Positions 1-7,791 of a DNA stretch of 64,000 nt are shown here, piece after piece (positions within the stretch are counted from its first letter, which is position 1; every line of letters starts with the position of its first letter). The stretch spans positions 36,093 to 100,092 of the forward strand of contig JAEWYO010000070.1 in assembly GCA_023395595.1 (NCBI GenBank), read 5' to 3'. Position numbers and translations under genes: made by a program. This DNA is from Bacillota bacterium. Lineage in GTDB: Bacteria > Bacillota > Clostridia > Christensenellales > CAG-138. The notes beneath the pieces were generated by a model that searched no databases, was not told the DNA's origin, and was given only the letters and a program-made list of their open reading frames with translations.

Positions 1-57
1 TCGGACTCGAGTCCAACCGGATCGGGCGCGGGTTGCCGGGGGGTATCGTCTTGCCGC

Positions 58-519
58 TCAGTCATTCCTGTCCTCCCGCCCTAGCAGCGTCAGCCCCATG
101 CTATCCAGCGCGCTTTGCGTTTCCCAGACGCTGCGTTTCTCATGCAGGCAGCGCAGCAGCACGATATCGCGCGGAATCTTTGGATAGAGCGGGGCTTGTC
201 TTGCAATCTTTAATAATTCCTGTGCGCCTTCCACATCCAGCCCAAAGCCGAACGCGAGCTGAATCACCTTGTCGCGGGAGGGCTTGCGGATGCCGTTGAA
301 GAGCTGATAGGCATAGTTGCGGGGGATATCGGAGCGCGCAATCACAGCGGCGCGAGAGAGCGAAAGCTCCTCGCACAGTGCGCAAAGAAAACGGTGAAAC
401 GCGGGCATCTCCATCAGATCAGCATTGTCTCGCAGATAGGTGCCCACATCCGGCGCGCGAAAAAGGCGCTCCAGCAGGAGCTTTGTGATGCTTGTCTGAG
501 GCTGCGGTGTTTGCTCCAT
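58..519 (-). CDS. XRE-family helix-turn-helix transcriptional regulator
   Basis: 153-aa ORF. The segment LSLSRAAVIARSDIPRNYAYQLFNGIRKPSRDKVIQLAF fits the XRE/Cro-type HTH pattern. A GGGAGA RBS lies 5 nt upstream of the ATG at 519. Confidence 0.65.
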   Translation of the reverse strand: MEQTPQPQTSITKLLLERLFRAPDVGTYLRDNADLMEMPAFHRFLCALCEELSLSRAAVIARSDIPRNYAYQLFNGIRKPSRDKVIQLAFGFGLDVEGAQELLKIARQAPLYPKIPRDIVLLRCLHEKRSVWETQSALDSMGLTLLGREDRND

Positions 520-993
520 GTCATTCTCCCGTTTCGTTCGTGATTGCAGCAGGCGCGCCTATTGCAGCGTCGGATAAACGGCGATGGAATCGTGATTGTG
601 CGAAAGGTTTGTAACGCTGTTGCGTTCCGTACGCTGGCTGTGCTGCCGTGGAAACACTTTTTACAACGTTTTCTTGTTTCTTATTATAGTGACAAGCGCA
701 AAGAGATGCAAGAAATGCAGGCGGTTTTGTTCGAACGATCCGATCGATCGTAACTGCCGGAATGTGTGCTGTGTGCATAACAAAGGCAGATGAATATTCG
801 TTATGATGAATCAATCGGAGACATTTCTGGAATCTTGCAAGTTTGATCATTGACGGGACAGGAAAGGAGCCCCGCGCGCAGAATAGGATGCATCGTGCGG
901 TGATGTTGCATTGTAACAATGGATGACGATTCTACACTGCTTTTGCGAATGTTTGATCCATCACATGAAATATGATCATTGGAGGAAACGAAT

Positions 994-1653
994 ATGTGTG
1001 CAAAGAGCCTGTTTACGGCAAACGGAAAGTATTTTACGCAAAACGGAGCACCGGCGCTTCAATCCTGCGGGATCAGCAGCGCGGACAAGGGGGTAGCTGT
1101 CGCGCTCTCCGCACAGCCGGATACCCCGGAACGGATGAACATCTGGTACTTGCGCGCGCCGGGAGACAGTGCGATGCACTACCTCTATTTCCGCGATCTG
1201 GTGGATATTCGCGTCTGTGCGCTTCTGGATGGCGGCGCGCAGCAGGGCGTTCGCCTCACGGGGAAAAACGGGGAACTGCATGTGTTCGACATGAAATCTC
1301 CGCTGATGGCGCAAAATCTATTGCAAAAACTGCTTCCGCTTGCGAAGGGTGCGCTGGAAGAAAATCGCGCGATTGCGCAGCAGCTGAATCTGCCGCAGGA
1401 AGACGCGCCCGTTTTTCTTAGCGTAGCGGCAAAAGAAGAGCAAACACCAGAAAAAAAGGCAGCCGAACGAAAGAAAAACGGCTTACACATCCTCGGCATC
1501 GTTTTGCAAGGCATCGGATATCTGCTGCTGATCGGCATGATCGGTGCATGCATCAACGACCAAGGTGGCACAGACTGGTCGGGCGCATGGATTGGCGTTC
1601 TTGTGTTCATCGGGTTGATCATTGGCGGAACGGTGCTGGCGAAGAAAAACTGA
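994..1653 (+). CDS. hypothetical membrane-anchored protein (soluble N-domain, Lys/Glu-rich linker, two C-terminal TM helices)
   Basis: The ORF track starts at TTG 979, but GGAGGA (981-986) followed by ATG 994 is the better start. The C-terminus LHILGIVLQGIGYLLLIGMIGA ... WIGVLVFIGLIIGGTVLA is clearly hydrophobic. I recognise no family. Confidence 0.5.
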   Translation: MCAKSLFTANGKYFTQNGAPALQSCGISSADKGVAVALSAQPDTPERMNIWYLRAPGDSAMHYLYFRDLVDIRVCALLDGGAQQGVRLTGKNGELHVFDMKSPLMAQNLLQKLLPLAKGALEENRAIAQQLNLPQEDAPVFLSVAAKEEQTPEKKAAERKKNGLHILGIVLQGIGYLLLIGMIGACINDQGGTDWSGAWIGVLVFIGLIIGGTVLAKKN

Positions 1654-1744
1654 ACGGAAAGCGGCAGCGCGCTGTTGGCTGCGCAGTCGCGTAAACATAG
1701 CAAGCGAAGCGGAGGGAGTGACTGTCTTTTGCGGAAGAAAGCGG

Positions 1745-2935
1745 TTACTCCTTCGGCTTTTTCATCAATCGCGCATACGAGATGGAATCCTTGCCAAAAC
1801 GGGAGCGGATGCTGTCCATCGCGTGGTCAAGCTTGGCGCTTTTGAGCTTGTCCTCCGTTGTGTCGCCGATGAGCGTCATCTGTTCGGCGCAGCAATCGCT
1901 GAGGGTTGCCGCCGTCACGGAAAGCAGGCGCACGGGCGAGGACATCGACCAGGATTTGTCCGCGATGGCGACCGCTGCCTCATAGATTTCGCGTGTAACG
2001 TTGGTAGGTGCGGGGAGCTTCTGTTGTCGTGAGATGGTCGCAAGAAACGGGTCTTTGATTTGTATCTGAACGGTGGAACAAAACAGCGCATGCTTGCGCA
2101 GGCGCGACCCGACCTGATCGCACAATGCAAGCAGCCCCGAACAAATTTCCTGCCGCCCGACCAGATCGTGTGGAAACGTGATGCTGTTGCCGATGCTTTT
2201 GGGCGAATCGCTCTCGTCCGCGCGGCGCACGAGGCTGTGATCCTCACCCGCGGCGTATTCCCAGATTGTCTCCCCGCTGCGCCCTAGAAGAAGCCGGAGC
2301 TGATCGCGTCCGGCTTTTGCGATGTCGCCGATGGTCTCAATGCCCATTTGCGCGAGGCGCTGAGCCGTTGTGCTGCCGACAAACATCATGTCCCGCGCGG
2401 GGAGCGGCCAGAGGAGACTTGTATAGTTTTCTCGTGTGATGCAGGTTGTTGCGTCGGGCTTTTTGTAGTCGCTGCCCAGCTTCGCGAATATTTTGTTGAA
2501 TGAAACACCGACGGAGATCGTGATGCCGATCTCTTCGCAAATCCGCCTGCGCAGCTCGTTTGCAATCTGTTCTCCGCTGCCGAACTTATGCAGTGTTCCT
2601 GTAACGTCCAGCCATGATTCGTCGATGCTGAACGGTTCCACCAAGTCTGTATACTGCCCATAGATCTGGTTGATTTGGTCGCTGATTTGCTCATACAGGT
2701 CGTGATGCGGAACCACAAGGGTGAGCTCCGGGCATTTTCGCTTCGCCTGCCAGATGGTTTCGGCGGTTTGGATGCCATATCGTTTGGCCAGTTCGTTTTT
2801 TGCGAGGATGATACCGTGCCGGCTCTCCGGGTCACCGCAGACCGCCATGGGCACGCGCTTTAGCTCCGGATGAGAGATACACTCAACCGAAGCAAAATAC
2901 GAGTTGCAATCACAATGCAATATCGTGCGATCCAT
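1745..2935 (-). CDS. dinB: Y-family DNA polymerase IV
   Basis: 396 aa. The N-terminus MDRTILHCDCNSYFASVECISHPELKRVPMAVCG and the overall layout are typical of DinB/ImpB translesion polymerases. An SOS box lies upstream. Confidence 0.9.
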   Translation of the reverse strand: MDRTILHCDCNSYFASVECISHPELKRVPMAVCGDPESRHGIILAKNELAKRYGIQTAETIWQAKRKCPELTLVVPHHDLYEQISDQINQIYGQYTDLVEPFSIDESWLDVTGTLHKFGSGEQIANELRRRICEEIGITISVGVSFNKIFAKLGSDYKKPDATTCITRENYTSLLWPLPARDMMFVGSTTAQRLAQMGIETIGDIAKAGRDQLRLLLGRSGETIWEYAAGEDHSLVRRADESDSPKSIGNSITFPHDLVGRQEICSGLLALCDQVGSRLRKHALFCSTVQIQIKDPFLATISRQQKLPAPTNVTREIYEAAVAIADKSWSMSSPVRLLSVTAATLSDCCAEQMTLIGDTTEDKLKSAKLDHAMDSIRSRFGKDSISYARLMKKPKE

Positions 2936-3025
2936 GCGTGCCTTTCTGTCCTCCTAAGGGTCATTTGCGCGTATAAGTGATGATACATAAGCATATCTTC
3001 CCGCGAACGGGTTTATCCGCGCGTG

Positions 3026-3039
3026 CGAACGATAGTTCT
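3026..3039. promoter_or_regulatory. LexA (Cheo/DinR-type) SOS box upstream of dinB
   Basis: CGAACGATAGTTCT matches the Firmicutes GAAC-N4-GTTC consensus. It abuts a minus-strand TATAAT (3040-3045) about 90 nt upstream of the dinB ATG. Confidence 0.6.
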
Positions 3040-3058
3040 ATTATACCAAAGTACAGCA

Positions 3059-3093
3059 AGAAAAAAACAGCCTTCGTTTCTTGGAAGGCTGTT
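3059..3093 (-). terminator. rho-independent terminator of the MarR-family gene
   Basis: A 10-bp stem AACAGCCTTC/GAAGGCTGTT (3066-3075 / 3084-3093) is followed on the minus strand by a run of eight or more T. Confidence 0.75.
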
Positions 3094-3112
3094 TGTGCTT
3101 GACCGATATGGT

Positions 3113-3634
3113 TTATTCGGCGCTTTTTTTCACGCGCTTGACAGGAACCAGCTTTTGCGAGGTCGTGTGTTCATCGTGCAGATCCAGACAGGCGGAAGCC
3201 AGCATCGCAGTGACATGCGGCAGATATTCCTTCGGGATGGCGCTGCCCGCATCGGCGATGTGCTTGAACCATGACTCATTGATGTAAAGAGAATATTTGA
3301 TATACTGCTCTTTTCCGTATTCTGTTGCCTGAATGATGATGTCCTTGCGATTGCCACTGATGTTGAATTTTTGCAGCAGGCCTATCTCGACAAGCGAATT
3401 TGCGAGCTTGGAAAACGTACTGTAAGAAATTCCGAGCCGATAGGCAATGCGGGACATGTTTTGCATTTCGTTTTCGTTTTCAAGAATATACTCGACCACC
3501 TGAATCTGCGCAAACGAGATGGCAATATCCGTGCCCAAGAACTGCTTCTTGTGCAACACGCTGGAGTATTCGTTGCTGAAGCGAATCAGCTTCTCGATGA
3601 TATCGCGATATTCGCCCATCCATTCTAGTTTCAT
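3113..3634 (-). CDS. MarR-family transcriptional regulator
   Basis: 173 aa. A winged-helix region (FAQIQVVEYILENENEMQNMSRIAYRLGISYSTFSKLANSLVEIGLLQK) is typical of MarR-like regulators. A GGAG RBS lies upstream of the ATG at 3634. Confidence 0.7.
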   Translation of the reverse strand: MKLEWMGEYRDIIEKLIRFSNEYSSVLHKKQFLGTDIAISFAQIQVVEYILENENEMQNMSRIAYRLGISYSTFSKLANSLVEIGLLQKFNISGNRKDIIIQATEYGKEQYIKYSLYINESWFKHIADAGSAIPKEYLPHVTAMLASACLDLHDEHTTSQKLVPVKRVKKSAE

Positions 3635-3826
3635 TGGTAACTCCTATCAACAACATGCAAGCGCCCCCCGCATTGGCAGGCGAAAGCGAGCAAGAAAAAA
3701 GTGTGCATCTGATATTCCTAAACGCATATAAAATTATAGCCCTTTTTGCGTGGATTGAAAAGACAAATCCGCACAAGCGCAAGCATGCAACAAATGAAAC
3801 ACAAATATTACATGTAGAATAAATTA

Positions 3827-3855
3827 TTGACAGAGAAACAATATAGATTTAAGAT
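3827..3855 (+). promoter_or_regulatory. candidate sigma-A promoter for glpK
   Basis: TTGACA (3827-3832), a 17-nt spacer, then TAAGAT (3850-3855). This leaves a leader of about 165 nt before the glpK ATG. Confidence 0.45.
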
Positions 3856-4025
3856 AACACAAAAGACACACATATGACACATTATTGCGGCGCGAGGAAG
3901 CGTTGCCCCGTCTAGCATCATCTGTACACAGGAATTGACTCATTCTCAGGATGGAATCACCACAACCGTAAAAACCACATAAGACGAATAAAACATTCGC
4001 TTCAACGCCGACAGGGAGGATACCA

Positions 4026-5525
4026 ATGGCGCGCTATATTCTTGCGCTGGATCAGGGCACGACGAGCTCCCGCGCGATCTTGTTTGACCAGCAGATGCAT
4101 ATCATTGCACAGGCACAAAGGGAGTTTACGCAGTATTATCCCAAGCAGGGCTGGGTGGAACATGACCCAATGGAGATCTATTCCTCGCAATATGGCGTTC
4201 TGAGCGAGGCGATTGTAAAGAGCAATGTCGATCTGGGCGACATCGCCGCAATCGGAATCACCAACCAGCGCGAGACGACCATCGTTTGGGACAAGGCGAC
4301 TGGAATGCCGATCTACAACGCGATTGTTTGGCAATGCCGCCGCACATCCGAAGTCTCCGATGCGCTAAAAGAAGCGGGGCTGACGGAGGAGATCCGGCAA
4401 GCCACCGGCCTCGTGCCGGATGCATATTTTTCTGGAACAAAGATCAAATGGATACTCGATCATGTGGACGGCGCGCGTGAGCGGGCGGAACGCGGGGAGC
4501 TGTTGTTTGGCACCGTCGATACGTGGCTGACGTGGAAGCTTACCGGCGGAGAAGAGCACGTGACGGATGTGACCAACGCCTCCCGCACGATGATCTATAA
4601 CATCAAAGACCTCTGCTGGGATGAAAAACTGCTCAAAATGCTGGATATTCCGCGGCAGATACTGCCAAGGGTTTGCAGCAGCAGTGAAATCTACGGCTAC
4701 GCCACCATCTCCGGCGTGAAGATTCCGATTGCGGGCATCGCGGGGGACCAGCAGGCGGCGCTCTTCGGGCAGGCTTGCTTTAAGCGCGGCGAAGCGAAAA
4801 ACACGTATGGAACGGGTTGCTTCCTGCTCATGAACACGGCAGACCAACTAGTCTATAGCAAGAACGGCCTGCTTACAACAATTGCCATCGGCCTCGGCGG
4901 GACGGTGCAGTACGCGCTGGAAGGCAGTGTCTTCATCGGCGGGGCTGTGATTCAGTGGCTGCGGGATGAGATGCGCTTCTTCTCTGAAAGCTGCGATGCG
5001 GAGTATTTTGCCAGCAAAGTGGACGACACAAACGGCGTTTACCTCGTGCCCGCGTTTGCCGGACTTGGCGCGCCGTATTGGGATATGTATGCGCGCGGCT
5101 GCATCATCGGGCTCACGCGCGGGACGACGCGGGAGCACATCATCCGCGCTGCGCAGGAATCGATTGCTTACCAGAGCCTCGCGCTCGTGGAGGCGATGGA
5201 GAAGGACAGCGGCATCCAGATCGATGTACTCAATGTGGATGGCGGGGCAAGCCGGGATGCGTTTTTGATGCAGTTCCAGGCGGATATTCTCAACCGCCCA
5301 GTGCATCGCCCGTGTATCCGCGAAACCACGGCGCTGGGCGTTGCTTTTCTCGCGGGGCTTGCGGTTGGGGTTTGGAAAGACACAAACGAAATCAAGCAGC
5401 TCTGGAGTTGCGACGCGGCTTTCACGCCGGACATGGAAGACGGCAAGCGCAAAAAGCTTTTGCGCGGTTGGCATCGCGCGGTGCAAAGAAGTTTTCAATG
5501 GAGCGAGCCGGATGACGAAGAGTAG
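4026..5525 (+). CDS. glpK: glycerol kinase
   Basis: 499 aa. Motifs [26 protein letters not shown] and [15 protein letters not shown] are those of FGGY-family glycerol kinase. A GGGAGGA RBS lies upstream. Confidence 0.95.
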   Translation: MARYILALDQGTTSSRAILFDQQMHIIAQAQREFTQYYPKQGWVEHDPMEIYSSQYGVLSEAIVKSNVDLGDIAAIGITNQRETTIVWDKATGMPIYNAIVWQCRRTSEVSDALKEAGLTEEIRQATGLVPDAYFSGTKIKWILDHVDGARERAERGELLFGTVDTWLTWKLTGGEEHVTDVTNASRTMIYNIKDLCWDEKLLKMLDIPRQILPRVCSSSEIYGYATISGVKIPIAGIAGDQQAALFGQACFKRGEAKNTYGTGCFLLMNTADQLVYSKNGLLTTIAIGLGGTVQYALEGSVFIGGAVIQWLRDEMRFFSESCDAEYFASKVDDTNGVYLVPAFAGLGAPYWDMYARGCIIGLTRGTTREHIIRAAQESIAYQSLALVEAMEKDSGIQIDVLNVDGGASRDAFLMQFQADILNRPVHRPCIRETTALGVAFLAGLAVGVWKDTNEIKQLWSCDAAFTPDMEDGKRKKLLRGWHRAVQRSFQWSEPDDEE

Positions 5526-5649
5526 GACGAATCCAATTGAATGAGCAATAGAATTCCAGTCGATGGAATGATGACGGAATGGGAGGGACGTCTTTCAACC
5601 ATCGCGCTAGCTCCAATACACAAACCAAATCAGAAAGAGGAGAGAAAAC

Positions 5650-7476
5650 ATGGAACAAACCAAGAAGAGAGCAAAGGTATGGCTTTGCATCGCAATCGCC
5701 TTGATGCTGCTAAGCATGGTGGTGGTATCCACGGTGCAGACGTCGGGTGGAAAAGTAACGGTCAAAGACCTCCGCTGGGAAACGACGGTCGGTGTCCAGA
5801 TGAGTGGACTGCTGTTCGTGCCCGCGGGCGTTTCTGCGGAACATCCGGCTCCGGCAATCGTCACAAGCCATGGTATGTTTAACAACCGCGAGATGCAGGA
5901 TGCCAACTTTGTGGAACTGTCCCGCCGCGGATTTGTCGTTCTTTCGATGGATATGTTCTCGCATGGCTATTCTGAAAACGTGTCGGATGTCGGCACCGTG
6001 CTCACGGGGATGTATGAAGCGGTCAAGATGCTCTCCACCCTGAGCTATGTGGATACATCCCGCATTGGCATCACCGGGCATTCGCTCGGCGGCATGTCCA
6101 GCAACGCCGCCATCGCGCAGGACAACGCGGCAGACATACAGCTCATCTCCGCTGTCTTGCTCAACAGCGCGGATGCAACCTACAACGATGCCACCACACA
6201 GGAGTTTGTGAACATCTACGGCAGCCGCGATGCGGGCATGATCTCCTGCCAGTATGATGAATTCTTCCATTCGTTCGCGGACGCAAACGGTGTGATGTCC
6301 GCGCCCAGAGATTTCCTCAAGTCCGTATTTGCGCAGTCCTTCCTGGATTTCGGCGTTGACCCGACCGGCAAAGACGCGCGCGTTTCCGGTACTGTGTATC
6401 ACGAGACCATCGATGGCGTGGATGCCATGCGCGTGATCTACAATCCTGCCATCACGCACCCGTGGTCGCACTTCTCCAAGCAATCCACGACGGCGACGAT
6501 CAACTTCTTCAGCGAAGCATTCGGCGCGCCGAACCCGATCGATGCCAACAATCAAGTTTGGCAGTGGAAAGAGGCTTTCAATCTGATCGGCCTGATCGGC
6601 TTTGTGATGTTCATCGTCAACTTCGCGATTCTGATGGTCTTCACGCCGTTCTTCTCCGGCCTTCGCGCCAAAGCGCCCGTGGAACCCCGCTCGTTTGTCC
6701 CGCGCGGCAAGCTCTGGTTCTGGGGCAGTCTGGTTGTGAGCGCAGTGTTTGCAACGCTGGTCTATCTGCCGATCATGCTCAACGTGGGTTCTTTCACGTT
6801 TGCAAAGGGTGCGGCTGCGCAGAGTTCGCCTTGGGGCATCTCCATCTGGGCAGCTGCCTGCGGCGTGTTCGGAATCCTGATGATGGTACTTTCCTATCTG
6901 CTCAACGGAAAGAAAAACCAGATGAGCCTTGCGGACAACGGGGTGAAGATCGACCTGCAGAAGCTCGGTAAGACCGTTCTGCTAGCGGTGATCGTTGTGT
7001 CGGTCTCCTATAGCTGCGTGTTCTTTGCGGACTATTTCTTCAAGACGGACTTCCGCATCTGGTTCCTTGCCATCAAAGCGTTTGATTCGTCGAAGATTTT
7101 CATTTCGCTCTTCCCGTATATGCCGCTGTTCCTGGTGTATTATGTGGTCCAGTCCGTTGCGGCAAACTCGTTTAACTACAACACGCTGGGCAAGAAAAAA
7201 TGGATCAACACGGCCGTGCTCGCGTTCTGCAATGCGTTCCCCGCGATCATCCTTGTTGCCATCCAGTACATCAACTTCTTCGTGACAGGGCACATGATGT
7301 GGCCGAACGCAAATATGCAGGTGCTCTGGCTGATCGGCGTCATGGTGACTCTTGCGGTCACAACCGTGATCTCGCGCAAGATTTACCGCGCAACGAACAA
7401 CCCGTATCTCGCCGGCATCATCAACGCTGTCATCGTAACGCTGATGTCCTGCACCAACACCCTGACCTGGAAGTAA
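5650..7476 (+). CDS. alpha/beta-hydrolase fused to a polytopic membrane domain
   Basis: 608 aa. It has an N-terminal TM anchor (LCIAIALMLLSMVVVSTV) and a serine-hydrolase nucleophile elbow GHSLGG (GITGHSLGGMSS). The C-terminal 300 aa or so consists of repeated hydrophobic helices. Confidence 0.7.
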   Translation: MEQTKKRAKVWLCIAIALMLLSMVVVSTVQTSGGKVTVKDLRWETTVGVQMSGLLFVPAGVSAEHPAPAIVTSHGMFNNREMQDANFVELSRRGFVVLSMDMFSHGYSENVSDVGTVLTGMYEAVKMLSTLSYVDTSRIGITGHSLGGMSSNAAIAQDNAADIQLISAVLLNSADATYNDATTQEFVNIYGSRDAGMISCQYDEFFHSFADANGVMSAPRDFLKSVFAQSFLDFGVDPTGKDARVSGTVYHETIDGVDAMRVIYNPAITHPWSHFSKQSTTATINFFSEAFGAPNPIDANNQVWQWKEAFNLIGLIGFVMFIVNFAILMVFTPFFSGLRAKAPVEPRSFVPRGKLWFWGSLVVSAVFATLVYLPIMLNVGSFTFAKGAAAQSSPWGISIWAAACGVFGILMMVLSYLLNGKKNQMSLADNGVKIDLQKLGKTVLLAVIVVSVSYSCVFFADYFFKTDFRIWFLAIKAFDSSKIFISLFPYMPLFLVYYVVQSVAANSFNYNTLGKKKWINTAVLAFCNAFPAIILVAIQYINFFVTGHMMWPNANMQVLWLIGVMVTLAVTTVISRKIYRATNNPYLAGIINAVIVTLMSCTNTLTWK

Positions 7477-7550
7477 ATGCAGCGGTAATTATAGGACAAA
7501 CCAAGCAGGATAACCTCCAAAGTAGCCTCATAAAAGAACCTCCCGAAAGA

Positions 7551-7588
7551 AGAACCCGGCTGCCCTAACGGCGGCCGGGTTCTTGATT
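7551..7588 (+). terminator. stem-loop terminator after the hydrolase gene
   Basis: A 14-bp stem AGAACCCGGCTGCC/GGCGGCCGGGTTCT has a 5-nt loop. The T-tract is weak (TTCTTGATT). Confidence 0.5.
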
Positions 7589-7791
7589 GCGCGCTGCTGT
7601 GAGTAACTTTCACATGCGTTTCGCAAACAAGCCGGAGCGTGCCATAAAAAGATAGCGGCGCGTGCTGTTTTTCCACAAAATGAAGACCATTTCGAGCTTA
7701 AAAATTGCTATATTTGGAATCAATCGTAAGAAATCAAATCTCGATGAGAGAGCAAATCGGATCAATCAGTCATTTCTTTTATGGAGGGAAA

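Noticed and set aside
521-919. A 132-aa minus-strand ORF that ends exactly where the XRE-family gene starts, which could suggest an upstream operon partner or toxin-antitoxin pair.
   Set aside because: It has no RBS or recognisable domain and an odd composition. Several equally long ORFs overlap it in other frames (544-753, 596-793). The region more likely holds divergent promoters. It is left unannotated rather than called.
972-1703. Overlapping alternative ORFs around the 994-1653 gene: 972-1421 on the plus strand, and 976-1314 and 1185-1703 on the minus strand.
   Set aside because: Only the 994-1653 frame has a GGAGGA RBS plus a coherent architecture of soluble domain, charged linker and TM helices. 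The others are Arg/Ala/Ser-rich with no signals.
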